A DNA stretch of 64,000 nucleotides from an uncultured Actinomycetes bacterium (lineage in GTDB: Bacteria > Actinomycetota > Thermoleophilia > Gaiellales > Gaiellaceae). Positions 54,225-63,677 of this stretch are shown piece by piece (the stretch's first letter is position 1; each line of letters begins with the position of its first letter). Where the stretch lies: positions 234,138 through 298,137 of the forward strand of contig CAVUMO010000001.1 of assembly GCA_963742625.1 (NCBI GenBank), read 5' to 3'. The position numbers and the translations under genes are program-made. A model generated the notes under the pieces. It saw only the letters and a list, made by a program, of their open reading frames with translations. It did no database searches and was not told the DNA's origin.

Positions 54225-55180
54225 GCGTCGCTCCATTCGACGCCCACGACCCCCGCCTCGAGCCGACCGATGACGAGGTCCTCCGGCCGGACGTCGCTCG
54301 CCGCGACGACGGCGCAGTAGCCGATTCCGATGTTGAAGACACGCCGCAGCTCGTCCTCGGCGACGCCCTGCTCCGCGAGCCAGTGGAACACGGTCGGCCG
54401 CTCCCAGGCGGACGGGTCGACGACCGCGCCGACGCCCCGCGGCAGGACACGCGCGAGATTTCCCGCGATACCGCCGCCGGTGACGTGCGCGAGCGCGCGC
54501 ACGTCGGCGCGACGGCGCAACGCGCGGACGTCGTCGAGGTAGCAGCGCGTCGGCGGCAGCAGGAGCTCGACGTTGATCTCGTCGTCGCCGACGAGCCGCC
54601 GGACGAGGGAGAACCCGTTCGCGTGGAGTCCCGCCGAGCGGAAGCCGAGAACGACGTCGCCGGCGGTGGCGCGCGATCCGTCGACGAGCTCGTCGCGCCG
54701 GACGAGGCCGACCACCGTCCCGCAGAAGTCGAGCTCGCCGTCGCGGTAGATCCCCGGCAGCTCGGCGGTCTCGCCGCCGAGGATCGCGCACCCGGCGCCA
54801 CGACAGACGTCCGCGGCGCCCTCGACGAGCTCCACGACCTGTTCCGGGTCGATCGTCCCTGCGGCGACGTAGTCGAGGAAGAAGAGTGGCTCCGCGCCGG
54901 TCGTCGCGACGTCGTTGATCCCGTGGGCGGCGAGGTCGGCGCCGCACCAGCGGAGCGTCCCCGCGCGCCGGGCGAGGACGAGCTTCGAGCCGACCGAGTC
55001 GGTCGAGGCGGCGAGCAGCCGCTCGTCGTCGAGCGCGAACAGCCCCGCGAACGCGCCGAACGCGCCAACCACGCCGTCGGTGCGCGTCGACTCGACGGCG
55101 GCGCGCAGGCGCTCGACCACGGCGCCGGCGGTCGCGAGCGAGACGCCTGCGGCGGCGTACGTCTGCCCGTCTCCTGACAT
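54221..55180 (-). CDS. purM: phosphoribosylformylglycinamidine cyclo-ligase (AIR synthetase)
   Basis: YAAAGVS..., DSVGSKL, PLFFLDY and GGETAELP. Confidence 0.95.
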   Translation of the reverse strand: MSGDGQTYAAAGVSLATAGAVVERLRAAVESTRTDGVVGAFGAFAGLFALDDERLLAASTDSVGSKLVLARRAGTLRWCGADLAAHGINDVATTGAEPLFFLDYVAAGTIDPEQVVELVEGAADVCRGAGCAILGGETAELPGIYRDGELDFCGTVVGLVRRDELVDGSRATAGDVVLGFRSAGLHANGFSLVRRLVGDDEINVELLLPPTRCYLDDVRALRRRADVRALAHVTGGGIAGNLARVLPRGVGAVVDPSAWERPTVFHWLAEQGVAEDELRRVFNIGIGYCAVVAASDVRPEDLVIGRLEAGVVGVEWSDA

Positions 55181-55253
55181 CGTTTCGAGCCTATCGACGC
55201 ACGCGGAGGGGCGTCATGACCACTTCGATGGATTCGGCTCGCCCGAGATGCGT

Positions 55254-55277
55254 GGGGCGGCGCCGGAGTGCCGCCCC
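55254..55277 (-). terminator. putative terminator hairpin after the Cys-rich orphan gene
   Basis: GGGGCGGC-GCCGGAGT-GCCGCCCC, an 8-bp perfect stem, 9 nt downstream of the stop at 55286. Confidence 0.5.
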
Positions 55278-55285
55278 ACTGGCCC

Positions 55286-55663
55286 TCAGCTGCCGATGCT
55301 CCGATCCTCCTCGAGCATGCGCTGACGCCGATCGAACTCGTCGCCCTCGGCCAGCAGAGCCTGGCGCGTTGCCTGCATGGCCGCGAGCATGGTGTCGAGC
55401 GCGTGGAGCGACTGTCGGCGCCACGGCTCCTCGACCCACAGCCTCAGGGCGAACCGGCCTCGGCCGTCACCGAGCTCGAAGCGGATGCGCGGCTCGAAGT
55501 TTTCGGGACAGCAGCTGCACGTGTCGTCGCACGACGGGTCCGAGCGGAGCGCGCTCTCACTCGTGTCCTCGACGAACGCGAACACGTAGGCCTCCGTCGA
55601 GCTGACGCCCGGAACGTCGAGATACCACCGCTCGTCGACCCGGGCGAGATACGGAAGTCCCAT
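55286..55663 (-). CDS. hypothetical protein (125 aa) with a CDDTCSCC cysteine cluster
   Basis: ATG at 55663 is preceded by GGAAGGAG. It starts MGLPYLARVDERWYLDVPG... It has its own hairpin downstream and sits between purF and purM. Confidence 0.55.
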   Translation of the reverse strand: MGLPYLARVDERWYLDVPGVSSTEAYVFAFVEDTSESALRSDPSCDDTCSCCPENFEPRIRFELGDGRGRFALRLWVEEPWRRQSLHALDTMLAAMQATRQALLAEGDEFDRRQRMLEEDRSIGS

Positions 55664-55838
55664 CGTGCTCTCCTTCCACTGAGATCCGTTCCAAGCGGGA
55701 GCGGACCTACGTCGGTAGGACGTGGACGCGAAGCTGCTGCCGCGTCGCAAAGAGCACGTCGTTCACCTCGTTTCTCGTGTCGATCGAGACCAACCCATCG
55801 AGGGTAGCGACGAGCGGCGCCTACGGCAAACTCGCCGA

Positions 55839-57224
55839 CTACGCCCGGACGGGCGCGCCTTCGAAGCGGAGCTTCGCCACCCGCTCGGGCGGCACGGCGG
55901 TCGGGTAGCGGCGCGTGAAGCACGCGCGGCAGACCGACTCCTCCGGCAGGCGGGTCGCCCACTGCATCCCGTCGAGCGAGAGGTAGGAGAGGCTCGTCGC
56001 GTCGATGTGCTCTCGCATCTCCTCCACGGAGCGGTGCGCGGCGGCCAGCTCGTCCTCGTCCGCCATGTCGATGCCGTAGAAGCACGGCGAGACGACCGGC
56101 GGCGACGAGATCCTCACGTGCACCTCGGCCGCGCCGCCCGAAAGGAGCATCTCGACCAGGGCGCGCATCGTATTGCCGCGGACGATCGAGTCGTCGACGA
56201 CCACGAGCCGCCGCCCCTCGATCTCGGCGAGCGGGTTGAACTTCAGCTTGATCCCCTGGCGACGCAGCGCCTGGTCGGGCTCGATAAACGTCCTGCCGAC
56301 GTAGCGATTCTTGATCAGCCCCTCCTCGTACGGCAGGCCGGAGCGCTTCGCGAAGCCGATCGCGGCGGGCGTGCCCGAGTCGGGGATCGGCATCACGAGG
56401 TCGGCCTCGACGGGCGCCTCCTCGGCGAGGCGCTCGCCCATCCGCACGCGCGCCGCATGGACGCCGGTGCCGTCGAGGACGGAGTCGGGACGGGCGAAGT
56501 AGACGTGCTCGAAGATGCAGGAGGCGCTCCGCCCGCGCGGCACGGCCTGCGCCGAGTGGCAGCCGTCCTCGTCGACCCACACCACCTCGCCCGGCTCGAC
56601 GTCGCGGACGACCTCGGCGCCGACGAGGTCGAGCGCGCACGTCTCGGAGGCGACGACCCAGTCGTCGCCGATCCGCCCGAGCGAGAGCGGCCGGATCCCG
56701 AGGGGGTCGCGGAACGCGACGAGCGCACCGTCTGCGATGGCCACGACGGAGTAGGCGCCCGCGAGCCGGCTCATGGTCTGCGCGACCGCGACGGGGATCG
56801 GCGACTCGTCGCGTGCCAGCAAGGCGGCGATCACCTCGGTGTCGGAGCTCGTGGCGAGCGTCACGCCGTCCGCGAGCAGCTCCTCCCGGAGCGACCCGAG
56901 GTCGACGAGGTTGCCGTTGTGACCGAGCGCGACCGTCCGCGCGGCGCCGTGCACGACGAGCGGCTGTGCGTTCGACCATCGTGCGCCGCCGGTCGTCGAG
57001 TAGCGGGTATGGCCGATCGCGATCTCCCCCGGGAGGGCCGCGAGCTTCTCCTCGTCGAAGACCTGCGGCACGAGACCCATGTCGCGGATCGCCGTCACGC
57101 GGCCGCCCTCGGAGACCGCAATGCCGGCGGACTCCTGGCCTCGGTGCTGGAGCGCGAACAGGCCAAAGTACGCGAGCCGTGCGACCTCACGCTCGACGGA
57201 GCGGACGCCGAACACGCCGCACAT
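55839..57224 (-). CDS. purF: amidophosphoribosyltransferase
   Basis: MCGVFGV N-terminal nucleophile, HTRYSTTG and VVVDDSIVRGNT. Confidence 0.96.
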   Translation of the reverse strand: MCGVFGVRSVEREVARLAYFGLFALQHRGQESAGIAVSEGGRVTAIRDMGLVPQVFDEEKLAALPGEIAIGHTRYSTTGGARWSNAQPLVVHGAARTVALGHNGNLVDLGSLREELLADGVTLATSSDTEVIAALLARDESPIPVAVAQTMSRLAGAYSVVAIADGALVAFRDPLGIRPLSLGRIGDDWVVASETCALDLVGAEVVRDVEPGEVVWVDEDGCHSAQAVPRGRSASCIFEHVYFARPDSVLDGTGVHAARVRMGERLAEEAPVEADLVMPIPDSGTPAAIGFAKRSGLPYEEGLIKNRYVGRTFIEPDQALRRQGIKLKFNPLAEIEGRRLVVVDDSIVRGNTMRALVEMLLSGGAAEVHVRISSPPVVSPCFYGIDMADEDELAAAHRSVEEMREHIDATSLSYLSLDGMQWATRLPEESVCRACFTRRYPTAVPPERVAKLRFEGAPVRA

Positions 57225-59323
57225 CAGGCGTCACTACCTTCGTGGGCGGCACGAAGGGTGCCGAGCGGGATCCCGAGGAGCTCGTCCCCTCCGACCGTGC
57301 CGATCAGACGCACCTCGACGTCCGCGCCGGTCGGGTCCGGCTCGACCTGGTCGGGCGGGAGCGCGGCGACGACCTGCCCGCCGACCTCGCCGAAGAGCGT
57401 CAACGGGTCGTCGTCGAGCGAGAGCGTCGCTCCGATTCGGCTCCACAGAGCAGCCTCCGCGAGCGCGATCGCAAGACCGCCCTCGGACACGTCGTGGACG
57501 AGGGTGGCGCGAGAGGCGATCTCCGCAGCCCAGCGGATGAGCGCGACCTCCGAGGAGAGGTCGAGCGACGGCGTCCCGCCGAGCGCCCCCCAGCGCGCCT
57601 GGGCTTCCGAGCCCGCGAGCGTGAGCCGCGAGCGGGAGCGCGCGAGCACGATCGCATCGCCCTCGCGCCAGCCGCGCGGGACGCGGCGGACGTCCTCCAG
57701 GAGCCCCACGCACCCGACGATCGGCGTCGGTGGGATCGAGCGACCGTCCGTGTCGTTGTAGAGCGAGACGTTGCCCGAGACGACCGGGATGCCGAGCGCC
57801 TCGCAGGCCTGTGCGATCCCCTCGATGGCCTCTCCGAGCTCCCAGCCGATCTCCGGCTTCTCGGGATTCCCGAAGTTGAGGCAGTCGCTCACGCCGAGCG
57901 GCTCCGCGCCCGTGCAGGCGACGTTCCTCGCAGCCTCGAATACCGCGAGCTGCCCCGCGACCGCGGGATCGAGGCGCCCGATCCGGCCCTGGCCGTCCAG
58001 GGTCACGGCGAGCCCTCGCCACGACGGCCGCAGCCGGAGGACCGCGGCGTCGAGCCCAGGGCGCCGCACCGTCCGGGACTGGACGAGCTGGTCGTAGCGA
58101 CGCGTGACGAAGCCGCGCGAGCGCAGCGTCGGGGAGGCGATCAGCTCGGGCAGCGCCAGGCGGACGGGAGGAACCTCGGTCGGCAGCTCCGCGGACGGGG
58201 TCCGCGGCACGCGCTCGACGGCGTAGCGCGGGCACTCGTCGGTCAGGAGCCGTGCCGGGATCGCCCCGACCTCCTCCCCGTCCCAGAGGGCGCGCAGGAC
58301 CCCGCTCTCCGTCACCTCGCCGACCACCGCGCGATGGAGCTCCCAACGGTCGATCACAGCCTCGACCTCGGCGAGGCGGGCGAGGTCGACGACGGCGACC
58401 ATCCGCTCCTGCGACTCGGAGATCATCACCTCCCACGGCTCCATGCCCTCCTCGCGCTGCGGCACGCGGTCGAGGTGGACGTCGATGCCGTAGTCGGACG
58501 CCATCTCGGAGAGCGACGATGCGAGCCCCGCGGCGCCGCAGTCCTGCAGGGAGAGCACCAGTCCCCGCTCGACGAGCTCCGCCGAGACCTCGATCAGCCG
58601 CTTCCCCGTGAACGGGTCGCCGACCTGAACAGTCGGGCGTTTGTCCGCGTCCGCCTCCCCCAGCTCGGCGCTCGCCAGCACCGAAGCGCCGCCGATGCCG
58701 TCGCGTCCCGTCGTCGCGCCGTAGAGGACGACGAGCGCGCCGGGCGTCGTTGCCGCCGCACGGGTGACGCGTTCCGCGGGGAGCAACCCTACGCACATCG
58801 CGTTGACGAGGCAGTTCGACGCATACGCCTCGTCGAACACGACCTCGCCGCCGACCGTCGGCACGCCGACGCAGTTCCCGTAGTTACCGATCCCGCCGAC
58901 GGCGCGTGAGAAACGGTCGTCGGGGGCGCCGAAGCGGAGCCCGTCCAGCAGGGCGACCGGCCGCGCGCCCATCGCGGAGATGTCGCGGAGGATCCCGCCC
59001 ACGCCCGTCGCCGCACCCTGGAACGGCTCGACCGCGGACGGGTGGTTGTGGCTCTCGACCTTGAACGCGACCGCGAGCCCGTCCCCGAGGTCGAGGACGC
59101 CCGCGTTCTCTCCCGGCCCCTGGAGCACCCGGGGACCCTCGCTCGGCAACCGGCGGAGGAGGAGCGCGGAGTGCTTGTACCCGCAGTGCTCGGACCAGAG
59201 GAGCGAGAAGACCTGGAGCTCGAAGTCGTTCGGCTCGCGCTCGAGCAGCGTGACGATGCGAGTGAGCTCCCCGTCCGTGAGGCCCAGCCGACGATGGAGC
59301 GGGTGTTCCGCAACGGAACCCAG
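57224..59323 (-). CDS. purL: phosphoribosylformylglycinamidine synthase subunit PurL
   Basis: The ORF track starts at TTG 59149. However, the same frame upstream encodes the conserved N-terminus ...EHPLHRRLGLTDGELTRIVTLLEREPNDFELQVFSLLWSEHCGYKHS. The only in-frame start-like codon after the upstream stop is CTG 59323. Confidence 0.85.
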   Translation of the reverse strand: MGSVAEHPLHRRLGLTDGELTRIVTLLEREPNDFELQVFSLLWSEHCGYKHSALLLRRLPSEGPRVLQGPGENAGVLDLGDGLAVAFKVESHNHPSAVEPFQGAATGVGGILRDISAMGARPVALLDGLRFGAPDDRFSRAVGGIGNYGNCVGVPTVGGEVVFDEAYASNCLVNAMCVGLLPAERVTRAAATTPGALVVLYGATTGRDGIGGASVLASAELGEADADKRPTVQVGDPFTGKRLIEVSAELVERGLVLSLQDCGAAGLASSLSEMASDYGIDVHLDRVPQREEGMEPWEVMISESQERMVAVVDLARLAEVEAVIDRWELHRAVVGEVTESGVLRALWDGEEVGAIPARLLTDECPRYAVERVPRTPSAELPTEVPPVRLALPELIASPTLRSRGFVTRRYDQLVQSRTVRRPGLDAAVLRLRPSWRGLAVTLDGQGRIGRLDPAVAGQLAVFEAARNVACTGAEPLGVSDCLNFGNPEKPEIGWELGEAIEGIAQACEALGIPVVSGNVSLYNDTDGRSIPPTPIVGCVGLLEDVRRVPRGWREGDAIVLARSRSRLTLAGSEAQARWGALGGTPSLDLSSEVALIRWAAEIASRATLVHDVSEGGLAIALAEAALWSRIGATLSLDDDPLTLFGEVGGQVVAALPPDQVEPDPTGADVEVRLIGTVGGDELLGIPLGTLRAAHEGSDA

Positions 59324-59400
59324 GCGGTCAGTCTAGATGGCGCGTCTGTCGCCACGACCGTGTGCCGCCCGGTACAGGCACGCGCGACTAGCGTCGTGAC

Positions 59401-60276
59401 ATGTCTCGCCCCAACGTCGCCCTCCTGCTCGTCCTCTCCGGGATCTGGGGCTCGTCGTTCCTCTTCATCAAGCTCGGCGTGGACGAGCTCGAGCCGTCGG
59501 TTGTGGCGCTCGGGCGGCTCGTCGTCGGCGCAGCGATCCTGCTGCCCATCGCTGCGAGCCGCGGCGGCCTGGGCCTCCTGCGGCCCTACCTGGCCACTGT
59601 GGCGACGCTGGGCCTGCTCAACAACGCGATGCCGTTCTGGCTCTTCGGCTTCGCCGAGACCCGGATCAGCTCCGGGCTCGCCGGGGTGATCCAGGCGGCG
59701 GCGCCGATCTTCACCGTGCTGCTCGCGATCAGGCTCGACCCGACGCAGCGGGTGACGGGCACGCGGCTCGCCGGGATCGGAGTCGGCTTCGTCGGCGTCG
59801 CGCTGCTCGTCGGGGTGCAATCCGGCGGACAGATCGTCGGCGCGCTCGCGGTGCTCGCGGCGGCGCTGTGCTACGCCGCGTCGGCTCTCGTCGCCGGGAA
59901 GCGGGCGGGCGCGGTCCCGCCGCTCCACCTCGCCGCGGGGCAGCTCGGGTTCGGAATGCTGCTGATGGCGCCGTTCGGTCTCCTCCAGCTTCCGGACGAG
60001 GCGCCGCCGGCGAAGGCGGTGCTCGCGATCGTCGCGCTCGGCTCGCTCGGCTCCGCGCTGGCCTACGTCCTCTACTTCTCGCTGATCGCGAGGGCCGGTG
60101 CGTCGCGGGCGATCCTCGTCACGTACCTCGTCCCGGCGTTCGCGCTCGTCTACGGCGCGGTGTTCCTCGACGAAGCCGTCACCGCGAGCGCGATCGTGGG
60201 TCTCGTGCTCGTGCTGGCGGGGACGACCCTCGCCACGGGGGTGACGCGGCTGCGCGCGGCGAGGAGGCTCGCGTGA
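59401..60276 (+). CDS. EamA/DMT family transporter
   Basis: 291-aa polytopic ORF (LLLVLSGIWGSSFLFIKLGV...). Confidence 0.82.
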   Translation: MSRPNVALLLVLSGIWGSSFLFIKLGVDELEPSVVALGRLVVGAAILLPIAASRGGLGLLRPYLATVATLGLLNNAMPFWLFGFAETRISSGLAGVIQAAAPIFTVLLAIRLDPTQRVTGTRLAGIGVGFVGVALLVGVQSGGQIVGALAVLAAALCYAASALVAGKRAGAVPPLHLAAGQLGFGMLLMAPFGLLQLPDEAPPAKAVLAIVALGSLGSALAYVLYFSLIARAGASRAILVTYLVPAFALVYGAVFLDEAVTASAIVGLVLVLAGTTLATGVTRLRAARRLA

Positions 60277-60367
60277 CGCATCCTCGCGTCACGTCGCTTC
60301 GCGCGCTCCTGGGGCGCCGCGGAGGCCGGCTCCACCGGGCGGGAGCGGCAGCCGGCCAGGAACGCGC

Positions 60368-61273
60368 GTGAATCGCTACTGGCCGCTGCTCCTGCTGCTG
60401 GCGTCGGTGTGGGGTGCGTCGTACCTGTTCATCAAGGTCGCGGTCGACGGCGGCTTCGAGCCGGGGCCGCTGATGTGCTCCCGCGCGGCGATCGGCGCCG
60501 CGATCCTCTGCGGATACCTCATGCGGACGATGGGGCGAAGCCGGGCGGTCGCCGAGCTGCGCGCGTCGTGGCGCCAGTGGTCGGTGCTGGGACTGATCGG
60601 CACTGCGATCCCCTTCTGGCTCGTGGCCTGGGGCGAGACGCACGTCGACTCGGGAATCGCCGCGGTCGCGCAGTCGACCGTCCCGCTGTTCACTGTGCTC
60701 CTCGGCCTCCGCTTCCTTCCGCACGAGCCGCTCACGCGCGGACGCATGCTCGGGCTGGCGCTCGGGCTGGTGGGCGTCGCGGTCCTCGCGGGCGGGCACC
60801 CGGGTGGCGGCTGGTGGTCGGTCGCGGGCACCCTTGCAGTGGTGCTCTCCTCGGTCGCGTATGCGTGCGGCGGGATCATCGGGCAGCGGAGCGTGAGCAA
60901 CACGCCCGGCCCGGTGCTCGCGACAGGCGCGATGATCGGCGCAGCCGTGTCGCTGCTGCCGCTCGCGCTCCTCCAGGGTCCCGCGTCCTCGCCGGACGGC
61001 GGCGCGCTTCTCTCGCTCCTCGCGCTCGCGGTGCTCGGCACCGCGTTCGCCCAGCTCCTCATGTACCGGCTGATCAACCTGGTCGGCGCGCGGCGGATGA
61101 GCCTCGTCACGTACCTCATGCCGGGCTTCGCGCTCGTCTACGGCGCCCTGCTGCTGGACGAGCCGGTCACGGCGTCCGTACTCGCGGGCCTCGGCCTCAT
61201 TCTCGGCGGCGTGGCCCTCGGGTCGGGGACGATTGGCGCTGTGCGCCGCAAGCCTGCCGAGGTTTCCGGATGA
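60368..61273 (+). CDS. EamA/DMT family transporter (paralog of the preceding gene)
   Basis: 301-aa polytopic ORF (LLLLASVWGASYLFIKVAV...), similar in layout to 59401..60276. Confidence 0.82.
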   Translation: MNRYWPLLLLLASVWGASYLFIKVAVDGGFEPGPLMCSRAAIGAAILCGYLMRTMGRSRAVAELRASWRQWSVLGLIGTAIPFWLVAWGETHVDSGIAAVAQSTVPLFTVLLGLRFLPHEPLTRGRMLGLALGLVGVAVLAGGHPGGGWWSVAGTLAVVLSSVAYACGGIIGQRSVSNTPGPVLATGAMIGAAVSLLPLALLQGPASSPDGGALLSLLALAVLGTAFAQLLMYRLINLVGARRMSLVTYLMPGFALVYGALLLDEPVTASVLAGLGLILGGVALGSGTIGAVRRKPAEVSG

Positions 61274-61779
61274 GCGTGACCGTTCGCCGAGCGATCCCCG
61301 AGGACGTGCCATTCCTCGTCGGGCTCGTGACGCACGAGGAGGTCGCCCCGTTTCTGGCGAGCGTCAGTGCGACCACCGAGGAGGAGATCGCTTCCGAGGT
61401 GGCGCGCTCGCTCGCGGAGCCGGAGGACTACGGCGTGATGCTCTTCGCCGTCGAGGGCGAGCGGGCGGGCACGGCGACCTGGGAGCGCGTCAACCGCCGC
61501 TCGCAGATCGCCTCGGTCGGTGCGTTCGCGCTCGACCCTGCGTTCCGCGGGCGCGGCCTCGGCGACGAGGCCGCGCGAGTGCTCCAGCGACACCTGATCC
61601 GCGAGCTGGGCCTCCACCGGCTGCAGATGGAGATCTACGCGTTCAACGCGCGGGCACTGCGACACGCCGAGCGGGCGGGCTGGGTGCGCGAGGGCGTCCG
61701 ACGCAAGGCCTACCGCCGCGACGACGAGTGGGTCGACGGGATCCTGTTCGGCCTCGTCGCCGAGGATCTGGAGGGGTAG
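61270..61779 (+). CDS. GNAT family N-acetyltransferase (RimJ/RimL-like)
   Basis: VRRAIPEDVPFL..., FRGRGLGDEAARVLQRHL, HRLQMEIYAFNARALRHAERAGW. ATGA overlap with the upstream gene. Confidence 0.85.
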   Translation: MSVTVRRAIPEDVPFLVGLVTHEEVAPFLASVSATTEEEIASEVARSLAEPEDYGVMLFAVEGERAGTATWERVNRRSQIASVGAFALDPAFRGRGLGDEAARVLQRHLIRELGLHRLQMEIYAFNARALRHAERAGWVREGVRRKAYRRDDEWVDGILFGLVAEDLEG

Positions 61780-61780
61780 C

Positions 61781-63244
61781 TCAGACCGCGACGGGCGCGG
61801 GCTCGCCCTGGGTGGCGACCGCGGCGTCGCGGCGCCGTAGCAGCGCGAGCAGGAGCAAGCCGCCGGCCGCGAGGAGGATTGCGCTTGCAGCCCACGTCAC
61901 ATGGAAGCCGGAGACGAGGGCCTCCGCGGTGTCGGCCTGGGAGGGCGCGTGTCCGAGCGAGGAGAGCTCGTCGGTGGTGCGGTTCGTCGCGAGGGTCGAG
62001 AGCAGCGCGAGCCCGAGCGCGCCGCCGATCTGCTGCGACGTGTTGAAGAGACCCGAGGCGAGCCCGGCGTCGTCGACCGGCACGCCGCTCGTCGCGATCA
62101 GCGTGATCGGGACGAACACGAGACCCATCCCGATGGAGATGAGCATGACCCCGGGCAGGAGGTCCGCGAGGTACGAGCTGTCGGGCGTCAGCCGGAGGAA
62201 CGTGAGCAGGCCCACGGCGCCGAGCGCGGCGCCGATGATCGGCACTTCGCGCGCGCCGAGCGCGGGGACGAGCTTCTGCGAGAGGCCCGCACCGATGATC
62301 ACGCCCGCGGTGAACGGGACGAACGCGAAGCCGGCCTCGACAGGCGAGAACCCGAGCACGCGCTGCACGTACAGCGTGTTGAAGAAGAACATCGCGAAGA
62401 GGCCCGCGGCGACGACGAACATCGCGACGTTCCCGGCGCGCACGGTCTTGACCGAGAAGATCGAGAGGCGCACGAGAGGCTCTGCGGAGCGGCGCTCGAT
62501 CAGCACGAAGCCGACGAGCAACACGGCGGCGAGCGCGAGGAACCCGAGCACCTCCGCGGAGCCCCAGCCGGCCTCGGCCGAGCGGACGATCCCGTAGACG
62601 AGCGCGACGAGGCCACCGGTGACGGAGACCGCGCCGGCGACGTCGAAGCTCTTGTGCGCGTGCTCGTCCTTCGACTCGGGCACGTACCGCAGCGAGAAGA
62701 AGAACGCCGCGATCCCGACGGGCACGTTGACGAAGAAGATCCACGGCCACGAGAGCCACTCGACGAGCATGCCGCCCACTACGAGGCCCACCGCGCCGCC
62801 GCCGACCGCGATCGCCGCCCAGACGCCGAGCGCCTTCGTCCGCTCTGCCCCTTCCCGGAACGTCGTCGTGACGATCGACAGCGCCGCGGGCGACACGAGC
62901 GCCGCGCCGAGGCCCTGGGCGCCGCGCGCGACGATCAGCCACGTCTCGCCGTTGGCGAGCCCGCAGAGGAGCGACGCGGTCGTGAAGAGGACGAGCCCGG
63001 CGAGAAAGACCCGCTTGCGGCCGATCAGGTCGCCGGCGCGACCGCCGAGGAGCAGGAACCCGCCGAACAGGAGCGCGTACGCGTTGACGATCCACTGGAG
63101 GCTCGACTCGGAGATCCCGAGCTCCGCCTGGATCGACGGGAGCGCGACGTTCACGATCGTCGCGTCGAGGATCACCATGAACTGCGCCAGGCAGACGAGG
63201 ACCAGGACGAGCCACGGGCTCACGGCGTGTCCGCGGATATCCAC
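61781..63244 (-). CDS. MFS transporter, DHA2 (EmrB/QacA, 14-TM) type
   Basis: 487 aa with LDATIVNVALPSIQ and GGRAGDLIGRKRVFL motifs. Confidence 0.88.
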   Translation of the reverse strand: MDIRGHAVSPWLVLVLVCLAQFMVILDATIVNVALPSIQAELGISESSLQWIVNAYALLFGGFLLLGGRAGDLIGRKRVFLAGLVLFTTASLLCGLANGETWLIVARGAQGLGAALVSPAALSIVTTTFREGAERTKALGVWAAIAVGGGAVGLVVGGMLVEWLSWPWIFFVNVPVGIAAFFFSLRYVPESKDEHAHKSFDVAGAVSVTGGLVALVYGIVRSAEAGWGSAEVLGFLALAAVLLVGFVLIERRSAEPLVRLSIFSVKTVRAGNVAMFVVAAGLFAMFFFNTLYVQRVLGFSPVEAGFAFVPFTAGVIIGAGLSQKLVPALGAREVPIIGAALGAVGLLTFLRLTPDSSYLADLLPGVMLISIGMGLVFVPITLIATSGVPVDDAGLASGLFNTSQQIGGALGLALLSTLATNRTTDELSSLGHAPSQADTAEALVSGFHVTWAASAILLAAGGLLLLALLRRRDAAVATQGEPAPVAV

Positions 63245-63296
63245 GGAACAACGCTACACGTCTGGGCCCGGCGCCCGCCCGCGTAGACTCGCCGGC

Positions 63297-63677
63297 ATGG
63301 AGCTCATCCACACCTGTTACCGGATCACCGACCCCGAGCGGTCGATCGCCTTCTACGAGGCGCTCGGGCTCGAGAAGCGGCGCGAGCTGCCGATCCGAGA
63401 CGAGGCGGTCAACTACTTCCTCGGTGTGCCGGGGAAGCCGCAGCCCGAGCTCGAGCTGACGTACAACTTCGGCGTCGACTCGTACGAGCTCGGCACCGCG
63501 TACGGCCACATCGCCCTGACGATCCAGGACATGGCGGGGACACTGGCCGCGCTCGCGGAGAAGGGCATCGAGCCCGAGCGGCCCCCGTACTCGGTGCGCG
63601 AGGGCGGCTCGCTCCTCTGCTTCGTCCGCGACCCGGACGGCTACCGGATCGAGCTCATCGAGCGCTCGGACTATTGA
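63297..63677 (+). CDS. gloA: lactoylglutathione lyase / glyoxalase I (VOC family)
   Basis: MELIHTCYRITDPERSIAFYEALGL...ELTYNFG...YGHIALTI...DPDGYRIELIE. Confidence 0.82.
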   Translation: MELIHTCYRITDPERSIAFYEALGLEKRRELPIRDEAVNYFLGVPGKPQPELELTYNFGVDSYELGTAYGHIALTIQDMAGTLAALAEKGIEPERPPYSVREGGSLLCFVRDPDGYRIELIERSDY

